A stretch of DNA of 64,000 bases, taken from NCBI GenBank assembly GCA_002104945.1, contig MCFH01000095.1:1-64000 (forward strand), read 5' to 3'. The stretch is from Piromyces finnis finn (lineage: Eukaryota > Fungi > Neocallimastigomycota). The notes beneath the pieces are model-generated. The model ran no database searches and had not been told where the DNA came from. It saw nothing but the letters and a program-made list of their open reading frames with translations. Position numbers and translations under genes: made by a program. This document shows positions 54,601 through 64,000 of this stretch, piece by piece (within the stretch, counting starts at the first letter, position 1; each line of letters begins with the position of its first letter).

Positions 54601-55714
54601 GAAACTTATAACTATGGATGGAATACAATACTACAAGAGTAATGGGAAACTAAGAAGAATTATAGATGATGACGAAGAAAAATTCAGACTAATTGAAGCC
54701 GCTCATTCTATCGGACATGAAGGTATATACAAGACCTATCATAGGCTAAAGAAGGAATTTTATTGGAAGGGCATGAATAACGATATAAAAATTTATATTA
54801 AGTGTTGTCCAAGATGCCAACAATTCAAGCCACAGAAATCTAACCTTTTTGTTGAAAGCATACCTACAAAGCCAGGCTTACCATTTTCAAGAGTAGGTCT
54901 TGATCTGGTAGGTCCGTTGCCAATAACAAATAAAGGCAATAAATACATCATTGTCCTAGTGGACTATTTAACTAAATGGGTGGAGGCTGAGGCTTTGGAG
55001 AATATAGAATCCGATGATGTCATTGACTTTTTGAAGAGGGTATTTTCTCGCCATGGTATTCCAGAGGTTCTAGTAACAGACAATGGACCTCAATTTAGAT
55101 CTGATAAGACGAAGGCATTCCTGGATTTACATGACGTGTACGTCCAATACGTATCGACATACCACCCTGCATCTAATGGAGAAGTGGAAAACCGGAATAA
55201 GGAGATAATCAAATATCTGAAACTATTAGGTAATGAAGAAGATGAATGGGATGAAATACTGCCTAGTGCATTATGGGCCCTTAGAACTTGTAAAAACGAA
55301 ATTACAAAGTTCAGCAGCTTTGAACTACTATATGGACGCAAAGATCTACAACCCTTCGAACTATCTTTGATGAAAGACAGGAATAAGTATGAGAACGAAG
55401 AGGAATATTGGATACAGAAGTTCGTGAGACATCATAAGTGGATACAAGAAGCCATCGATAATATTGAAACAGCCAATAAATTATGGAGTGACCGGAGACG
55501 ACAGAGTAAACGAATGAGAGCCGCATATAAACCTGGAGATTTAGTATTAGTTAAAGTATTCAATAGAAGGAAACTGGACCCTTATTTTACTGGACCCTTA
55601 AAAATCATAAAGAAAGAATTTAATACAGTTACAGTTTGTGATCCTATTTCAGGGGAAATTGCAGAACGGAATATTCACTTAAAGAATATAATTCCATATT
55701 TTTCTGAATTGTAA
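51686..55714 (+). CDS. pol: Pol polyprotein (protease, RT, RNase H, integrase), probably translated as Gag-Pol from about 51632
   Basis: FLDSCAS protease motif; RMCVDYRRLN, MPFGLCNAPATFQR and YIDD (RT); TDAS (RNase H); H..H/C..C, DLVGP, TDNG and GEVENRN (integrase); GPY/F-like FTGP; no chromodomain. Confidence 0.97.
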   Translation: MVQPTVDKTIINTNTSNNNYREPSSITLVTTKKSKDTNSKAKNAHKETTSQIKRMHENKLQRNPMPIKTAAMKYNEQLDKRRNYINNNDKEMNLDTSEIITIDSDGKSTKDENKLIETIGKEEMEEELDDINEELGKNDKSKATTPKENRKLNKVEKLEHLDVSYLNDKRIENVKKKNREERNAEMKKQERKEIDKINPNSPQEQILNIEKHIRLMDGFEEFKVDDLVKEVASTEVVTKLVNLLDLFPKFRTAFAQKLKLTPKFKNAVTNAVTLLGEHKVVKVRGKVEDVEAEIFLDSCASVNMITKSALRKFRIHKQPVGNITETIFQAYSNTSSNTDIYKLKITIGEKTFTEIFRVIEKDDIFDILIGIDSLKRNRFSLNFVDDNLYYIDKNNSPMKIADLHYDVNLQESKGEDSEEETIEETPMLITVAMSTQNEGKEGTLETKENIINNIVNKIPKDIRDVVRKLFDKFNHVIAVKTDDLSRTKLLPHRIRLKPNSFPFKQRAYRLSKVQADALKEELTKLIKNKLIEPSHSSWSSPVVLVPKKNGKYRMCVDYRRLNECTIKDSYALPLIDDILCYVGKKAVLTTMDLFSGYHQVPMYPEDEDLTCFTTIYGNYNFKVMPFGLCNAPATFQREMNRIFFDLIGKCVFIYIDDLIVFSNTMEEHIRDLSKVFKILRENGLRINIEKCHFFQEEVELLGHVLSKEGIKPIPGKTQVIMNWLPPKNVSQLRSFLGAVSYYRKFIDKFAQYAKPLFKLLKKDEEFKWSPEANNSFEILKLRLIEAPILMPPDFDKPFKIRTDASRNGIGGVILQIDEDGMEKPLHFVSRTLNKSEENYSVTDLEGTAAYYCSRKFKHYIVGNTLETELITDHKPLVGLINNSEPTNNRHLKWVTTFSILKIKVLYEEGKKNVIADALSRLTSKEESQLAPRPSHNKQTINVIVENNSNTTTNNKISENNNQYKNINDFINRKLITMDGIQYYKSNGKLRRIIDDDEEKFRLIEAAHSIGHEGIYKTYHRLKKEFYWKGMNNDIKIYIKCCPRCQQFKPQKSNLFVESIPTKPGLPFSRVGLDLVGPLPITNKGNKYIIVLVDYLTKWVEAEALENIESDDVIDFLKRVFSRHGIPEVLVTDNGPQFRSDKTKAFLDLHDVYVQYVSTYHPASNGEVENRNKEIIKYLKLLGNEEDEWDEILPSALWALRTCKNEITKFSSFELLYGRKDLQPFELSLMKDRNKYENEEEYWIQKFVRHHKWIQEAIDNIETANKLWSDRRRQSKRMRAAYKPGDLVLVKVFNRRKLDPYFTGPLKIIKKEFNTVTVCDPISGEIAERNIHLKNIIPYFSEL

Positions 55715-55739
55715 TAAAAAAAAAAAAATATTTAAAATT

Positions 55740-55774
55740 GGACTTCAAGGGACGAAGTCCAAACTAAGGCGGGA
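55740..55774 (+). promoter_or_regulatory. Pre-LTR hairpin and polypurine tract
   Basis: GGACTTC-aagggac-GAAGTCC perfect 7-bp stem (55740-55760), then AAGGCGGGA (55766-55774). Confidence 0.7.
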
Positions 55775-55779
55775 TGTCT

Positions 55780-56406
55780 TGGTACACCACATTCAGAAAA
55801 ATGCAATAAATCCATATATTTGGTAAATGAAATAACCCTTATAATATATATGGATTTAAATATTTTTATTTAATAAATTTATATAACGATAGTAATAATA
55901 AGAATGGTAAATTAAATTAAATTAATAACTTATAAATAATTTATTAAAGTAAAATAAACTTTTTATAATTTAATATAAGGATGATAAAAATATAATTATA
56001 TAAGGAGGAGAAAGACGCGTATATATATATAAAAGAAAAGAAGAGTTTTTAGTTTTAGTTAGTTTTTAGTTAGTTTATATTAGTTATATTATAAATAAAA
56101 TAAAGATAAGGTGATAATAATAGAAGAATAAATAATATTATTGTTAGATTTAGTGAAGGAATTAATAATAATATTAGTTTATTTTCTAAGATTATACCTA
56201 TTTTTAAAACAAATAATAATATAAAATAATAATAAATAATACTTATAAATAATAAAGCTTGTAATAAAAATAATAAAATAATAAACAAAATAATAAAATA
56301 ATATATAATCAAAAAATATTCATCTAGAATATAAATTTGTTATTTATAACTGTTGTAGTGTCCCAAACAATAAAGAAAAAGGTACTTATAATAAAATTCT
56401 GTACCA
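55780..56406 (+). repeat. 3' LTR (627 bp)
   Basis: TGGTACA...TGTACCA; the same 80-aa spurious ORF appears in both LTRs. Confidence 0.95.
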
Positions 56407-56844
56407 AAAATTATTGGCGCCTAACAGAAATTACTATTTTAAAATCATTGTCTTAACCCTATGTGATTTTATCTAAATTACATAAGGTGAAGACAATGAT
56501 ATTATAATTAAGTTTCATATAAAATAAAATAAATGATACTAATTTTAATAATAGTTTATTTTTATAATAAAAGAATACTGTTTAAATCTGTATTATTAAT
56601 AAATAAATACAAAATATAATATTTTAATAATAATTTATTTAGTATCGTAGTATTTATTCAATAATGTATCACTTTTAATACATTACATAATAAAAATACA
56701 TTAAATGATTTTATTGGATGAAAATATTGTAAATATATTATTGATTCAAAGGAGTGGAGATCAACGTATTAAGTATTACAATTCCGTAGTCCAACTATTA
56801 AATTTTTTAAGTCAACGTAATTCCAACAGTCCTATCAATACAAT

Positions 56845-57075
<231 letters not shown>

Positions 57076-57179
57076 ATAATCTGGTGAATATTAATGTGTA
57101 TGACTATTCTAGTGTGTGCCATAAAGTATTTAAATTCCTTCTTGGGGGAAAAAGTTTTAACAATATCATTCACAATTCA

Positions 57180-57460
57180 AGGGAATGAAAAGAACCTTGC
57201 AAGTGTTAGATTCAATCGGGCACTTACGAAGGAATAACATTTTTGACAGTAACAGTGGAATTTTTAACCAAAACCATGCCTTTTGCTATTGGCTAGGAAT
57301 GATCAATGTTCAAAAGGTTTGAAGAACGTCAATGCTGAAGAAACAGTAAGACAGGCCAGGAGGTCCAGCGCAACCAATGAAGATCATAATTTTGTTCTAT
57401 GACAAAATTTTGATCTTTGGCTCGGTGTCTCATTGGAAGTCAAATACTATTAGGCTTTCT
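57180..57460 (+). mobile_element. Degraded remnant related to the SINE-like element
   Basis: 57334-57363 matches the reverse complement of 49136-49165 at 28/30 nt. Confidence 0.5.
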
Positions 57461-58596
57461 TACTTTAATTAAAATTACTAGAATACATTATACCCAATTT
57501 TTATTCATTTGTGTTTATTTAAACCTATTTTTTTATTTTTATTTTTAATTTTTTATTTTTTTTATTACTTGTATTATAATTTTAATTAAATTAATAATAA
57601 AGTTTAAAAATATTTGATGACATTAAAAAAAATTTTTTTGAATGGACAGCTTTTACAATTCATCGGAGGGTCTCATGTTCCATAGATAGAAGGTCTTGCC
57701 GCTTTTTTTTTTTTTTACTAAATCCTTATCATAGAGTAGTTCAATGAGGCTACTTCTTGATAGGGATTTAGTAAGGACATACCAAACGTCATCGAGAGTG
57801 CCAACGTTGTACCGATATAGTAAAGGAACCATCCTAATGTTCCGTACAGAGGGTTTAATGTTTTAATATTTCTTCAAAAGAAAACATTATGAACTCATAG
57901 GAGAGTCTACGTGTAACACTATTCTACCTGATATTACTTTTTCTTTTTTTATTTCAATTAATTTATTAGGTAGGGACCAATCCCACTGTACAAATTGCAG
58001 ATTCGGTGAACTATTACTTAAAATAATTATTATATTTTATTTTATATCTCTATCTTTATCTATACCTATATATATATTTTATTATTTATCAAAAAATATT
58101 ATCTCCTAATATAATGTAAAATCATAAAGTAAAAACAAAAAGTATATTCTCTTTCTTGACTAAAATAAAATTTATTACATTATATCATATTAAATAAATT
58201 GCTTGTTGAATCCTTTCAAATTTGAAGGATTCAACTTTACAAATTAATCTAAAAATTAAAATATAACAATCCTTAAAATTGGGTTTATTATTAATAAAGT
58301 ATATAAGAAAAATATCTTTTTTTCTTTTGTATAAATTTATAATAATGATTTAAAATTGAATAAAATTTAAAAAAAAAAGAAGATATGATTCAGATACTAC
58401 ACATACAAATACATTAAATTAAAATAAACATATAAAAAGGTTTTTACTTTACACCAAACATTTCATCTAATAGAGTAAGGTTAAAAAATAAATATTTTCT
58501 TGAACAATTAAATACTATTAACTATTCATTTAGTTTTTATTTATTTATTTCGTTTTTTTATGTAACATTTCATTATTCTTAATTTATGTAATTTTT

Positions 58597-61201
58597 TTAT
58601 TTTACTAGTGTAGAATTTTCTTGATCATTAATCCTTTGTAAACTTTGATTAAAAAATATATTATTAGGATTATCAAAAATAATATCATTTTCAATACATG
58701 TATCAGAGGTAGCATCTTCATTAATTATTTCAACAGAGGATTTATCTGGTTTACTTTTTTTATTGTTTATTTGGCTATTTTTTCGATTTTTTATAAATAA
58801 CGATATATCAGGTGCATTGATGTATTGACTCAGTCGACTCTCATTATTGGAAGAAAATGTTTCTATTGGGTATCTAAAAATATAATACAATCTTGTTCCA
58901 ACTAAATAATAAACACATATAATTGACAGTATGATATAACTAATAATAAGTAGTACATAACTTGAGAAATAGTTATAATCAACAATCTTCTTTAATGATA
59001 AAATAACAAATAAATTAATAATATAGGCAAATAACATAATATTAATAAATTTTATTTCCCCATATTTCTTTGATACTTTTTTCGTTTTTACTACCATATA
59101 TAATATTGTAAAGAACTAATAGTTAAAAATAATAAAAAATTATTATAATGTTAGTTTAATATATTAAAAATAAATATAATAGAAATTATGTATAAATAAA
59201 TAAATAAACAACTAGATAAATTATAATAAAAATAAATAAATAAACAACTAAATAAATATAATAAAAATAAATAAATAAATAATTCTATATATATAGAATT
59301 TTATAAATATTTACCATTATCCTATAAATTATTCGATCAAGATATTCAAGCATATACCCATCTTTAAATTTACATTTTGGATGACGAAAAGTTGTTATAT
59401 TACCAAAAGTTTCTATATAGAATTTAAATTTTATAATATAGAATAAACCCGATAGCAGCATAAGGAGCATCACAATAATTATTATTTTAAATAAACGTTT
59501 ATTATCTAATTTTTTACCAAAGTTGACCCTTGACTTATTATTATATATGGTATAAATTCGAAAGGTGATCACAAGTATTGGTAGCATAACCAAGTTGGAC
59601 ATTATGATGTTATTAATAAACATTATCTGACACATTGTTGTCGATTTTGTGTAAACCTCAAATATAGGAGTTAACGTATACAATACGATTCCTATAATAA
59701 TATAACAGCAAAGGACTGGCGAATATGATTTCAAATAGGGGTGTTTTTTATATTTTAGCAATAATATTAATGGAATTAATGATCCTAAAATAGTAATTAT
59801 GAATGATATATGAAAGGAAATCTTTATGGTATCTTTTCTTTTTGAGTGATCAATGACCAACATGTTAATATTTTCAAATATGTTTGAAATATAGGAATAG
59901 CTTAAACCAGCCAAGAAATTCCTTATGGCTTGAGGTAAAAGTAATCTTATTTCGATAAATGGTGGATTATATTTACCTTTAAATGCTTCTTTAATGTTAA
60001 TTCTATTCATATTATCCATTAATTCACATAGTTCTGAATTTTCATGACAATACCTTCCAATAGACTCAATTTGATCCTTTTTTGACACATCAAAAGTTGG
60101 AATAGCACCAAAATTATCAGCTCTAAAAATTTGCATTTCTTCAGATATTAAATTAAGAGTGACATTTTTAAGTAAATCAGCCGAATAATTACTATTTTTA
60201 TTAATAATTGCATACTTTATATTTGTAACTGTTGTGTTTTTTGGTGGTAGTGATACCAAAAAAGTTTTATTTTTTGTTTCAATATATTTATAATGGGATG
60301 CTTTTCCTCTTGTTAAGAAAACCTCATTATCTAATAGAGAATTATATATATTTTTTTGTGTTTTCTCAAAAGGTTTATCTATACTAAATGTAGATAGCTT
60401 TGTGATAAAGGATTGAAAGGAATTAAATAAATCAAGAGATTTTTCTCCATAAAAAATAGTTTCAAAGTTTGTACCATTTATTTTAATATTATATTTATTT
60501 GTGGTATATTCTATAAAGAAATCTAATAGTTCATCATCATCATTTAAATTTAATTCGATATATGCGGCGGGATTTGAATTAGTTGATTTGTTATTTGATG
60601 GATTGACCATTAATAACACATCATCCCATGTTAAACTATTTATACTTTTATCCACTAAATTTATTTTATTATAGTATATTAAATTAAAATCTTGTTCATA
60701 CGGCAATCCGAATAAATCTTTATCCGTTAAAAACCCATTTTCTAAGGCATTGGCAGTATGATAGGAAAATCGTGTCGTGTTATAGATGTTTGCTAAATTC
60801 ATATAATTATCTCTAATATTTCTTATATCATACTGATGATTGGCAAAACCACTTTCGATGAAAGAAACATCATTAAATAAAAACTTTTCATCCACTATTA
60901 GGATATCATAATTTGATTTTTTTATTTCTTTTATTATAAATTCACTATAGGTTTCTTTTGAAAAAGAATTATTTCTTGAGAAACAAGTAAAATTTAAATG
61001 AATTCTATTTAATTCTGAATATGAATTATAAAATTTCAAAAAAAAATTATTTTGTAAAGTTGAATAATTTGTACAATTAAAAAATTCTCCCGTATTAGGT
61101 TCTTCAATTAACAATTGAAGATTTATTTCATTCGCATAACATTTCATAAAAAATATTATACAATAAATAAAAGTAATTAAATTAATTATACTCAATTTCA
61201 T
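58597..61201 (-). CDS. Class C-like 7TM receptor with an extracellular solute-binding-protein (periplasmic binding protein-like) domain
   Basis: Signal peptide; SBP-like motifs (YDILIVDEKFL, LFGLPYEQDFNLIYYNK, LTWDDV); TM1-4 in exon 1 (KHPYLKSYSPVLC, ITFRIYTIY); exon 2 KTKKVSKKYGEIKFINIM resembles the class C ICL3/TM6. Confidence 0.88.
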
Positions 61202-62818
61202 TTTTTTTTTTTTTTTAAAAAAAATTATTTATTTTTCTTTCATATGCAATTTATATGAATTTGACATTTACATTTATAAATTATAAAATATATAGTAATA
61301 ACTACATAATTTTTATTATTATTTTTTTTTTGGTTTTATTTAAATTTTAAATTATTTATTTTAAATTACTATTTAGGTATTTAATATTGCCAAAGATAAA
61401 TTGTCATTATTTAATAATATAGTTATTTGGTTTTTAAATTTTTTTATATAAGGAATATACTTTTTTTAATGATTTTTCTAATTTTATAGTTTAATAATTT
61501 GTTAAAAAAAGTATATTATTTTAATAATTCAATAGTCTTTCTTTTTTAAATTTATTATTTTTAAAAAGTGTTCTTTTTATTTAATTGAAAAAAGGCAATT
61601 CTTTCATTTCAAAAAAAAAAAAAAAAGAAAAAGAAATGTTTTCTTTTTTCTCTATTATATAATTATTACAATGTTTACTAATAAAAAAATTTTTTTTTTT
61701 TTTTGTTTATGTTTTAAAAAAATTTTAATCTATTTGTTATATTCTTTTAATAATATATTCCTTTATATTCTATTCTATCTAAGATATATTTTTAATTTAA
61801 TTGAAAATGTATCATAAAACAAAAATAAATTTTTTAATTTATTTTTAACTTTTTTTTTGGTTACAAATTAAAAATTTGAGACAGATTAATTTTTTAATAT
61901 ATTTTATATATTGTAATAAATTATTTTATGTAAAAAAATTTATTAATTTTTTTATTTAATTTAAATAAAAATAAATGTAAATAATAAATGTTACACCAAT
62001 TTATTTTATTACACAATTTAATATAATAAATAATGAATAAGGTTGATTATCTCTTTATAGAAAATTAAATCGTGTAACATAAAAAGGTATACATTTTTAA
62101 ATTTATGATATTTTTATTTATTATGGAAATTTGTGTAACTTTCATGATTTAAATTTTAAATTTAATAAAAATGAATCATATTTTTTTACAAAAAGAAAAA
62201 AAAAAGTAAACTAAAAAACGTAAAGTGAAAAACATAAACTACAATAAGTATAAAAGAAAAAGAAGCATTTAAAAAGAGTTGAAAATAAAAAGATAAAATT
62301 TAAAATAAATGCTTTTTTTAAATGTATTAATTTCTTTGTTTAAATTAAATTTGAACATTTTTTTAAATTTTTTTAAAAAAATGAAACTTTAAAAAAAATT
62401 TTTTTAAAAATGTTTCATCTTAAAAAAAAAAACCCACCAGAAATGAAACAAAATAATGCCAAAAAAAAACTAGAAAAAAAAATTTTTTTTTTTTGTATCA
62501 AAATTCCATGCAACAAAAGCAAAAAAAAAATGGTTGTTAGGAATGGGAAAAAAATATTTATATAATAACACTTTTAATGAATATTTCTTAAATAAATGAT
62601 TTCACTTGTAACATGAAATATTAATCGAAATATAAATAATAAACGATAGTATTTATTTGTCTATTCATTAAATCATTATCGATATTGTATGGGTGGTTAC
62701 ACTATCATTGGTAAATAATATAATGATGTTAGTACTCTGGAAAAAGTATACCTATTTACTTTATTCCAAATTTTCATGTTATAAAATTCATAATAATTAA
62801 AAATATGTTCATATTCTA

Positions 62819-63115
<297 letters not shown>

Positions 63116-64000
63116 TGTTGCTGTAGTAATTTTTCGAATCTTATATAATTATAAAAAAGTATATATACATACATTATTCTATTCTATTAAACATTATTAT
63201 ATATTAGAAATTATATTATCTTCAATTTATGAATTCAATATATATTGAATTACATCTTTAATTTCTTTAAATAAAAAATAGTTAATAGTATATGTATGAT
63301 ATCCTATATAAACATATAAATAGCTAGTTTTTAATTTTTTTTATTGATAAAACTGTTTTTCTATAATTTTTATTATTACTACTTCTTTAGTTGACATTGT
63401 AAGATTGATATGTTTTTTAGTTTATTTATTAAATAAGTAAAAGAAAATTTTTTATTTTCTAGTTTAAAGAAGCTTGCTACTTTATCAAAAATATTAATAT
63501 ATTCAATTTTTTTTTAAAATATCAAAAGCAAAATAAAATTATCAGTTTTAATTAATTATTTCATGACTTCTTTTTAATGGTTTTTTTTTTTAATATTTTA
63601 TTAATTATTTTTGTTAATTTTTTTAACTTGAAGATTGTTAGATTCATTTATTTCTTTTACTATTTCATTAATATGTATCATCAATAGTACTTTCATTTCT
63701 CATTTAGAGTGTTATGGTGTAAAGATTCTAATAAAGTATTATGTTATAATTTTCTTGATTGATTTTTTTTTGAAGTCATCTCGTTATTATTTTTATGTGT
63801 GTTCAATACTATTTTATATATTTTGTTTTGTTCTTTCTTTCTTTTTTTTATTTATTATTTAGTATTATTAAATTTACAAAATAAAAATTTAAAAATAAAT
63901 AATTTCTAGTATTGTTGTTTATTTAAAAATTGTTTTAAACTAATATTCAAGAAATAAAAAGAGTTTATAAAAATTCACTTAAAACCATCCTGTTCATATA

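Larger units (their letters stand above)
48888..56406 (+). mobile_element. Full-length Ty3/Gypsy LTR retrotransposon, apparently intact
   Basis: TGGTACA...TGTACCA LTR termini, PBS, PPT, gag and pol in PR-RT-RH-IN order; flanks AAAA/AAAA (weak 4-bp TSD). Confidence 0.97.

Noticed and set aside
56414-56427. TGGCGCCTAACAG after the 3' LTR, resembling a tRNA-Lys PBS
   Set aside because: The match is partial and no internal retroelement sequence follows.
63635-63862. 75-aa hydrophobic ORF
   Set aside because: It has a TTG start, T-rich composition and no recognisable motif or splice support.

Overview
Very AT-rich, intron-containing eukaryotic DNA with many long (AAT)n/(TAT)n microsatellites. 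The gene content (ectodomain-fused class C-like 7TM receptors, decayed ankyrin genes) points to an anaerobic gut fungus (Neocallimastigomycota); this is inferred. Genes I could reconstruct: a large two-RRM low-complexity protein, a secreted/GPI-like Cys protein, an F-box protein apparently fused to a dynein stalk/microtubule-binding module, RPS13, a small 4-TM protein, a PA-TM-RING E3 ligase, POP4, TIM44, MPS1, and two 7TM receptors (beta-helix and solute-binding-protein ectodomains). There are two tRNA genes, Val(TAC) and Gly(TCC). An intact, apparently very young Ty3/Gypsy LTR retrotransposon (48888-56406) sits 16 bp upstream of tRNA-Gly and has a clear -1 frameshift signal. Its 5' LTR carries a nested 575-bp poly(A)-tailed SINE-like insertion with a 12-bp TSD, a tRNA-like head and an intron-like segment; a diverged relative lies near 57.3 kb. 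The 17-20 kb region is a mosaic of decayed ORFs that includes a short phage-connector-like ORF. Exon boundaries were read by eye from GT/AG sites and reading frame. No database searches were run.
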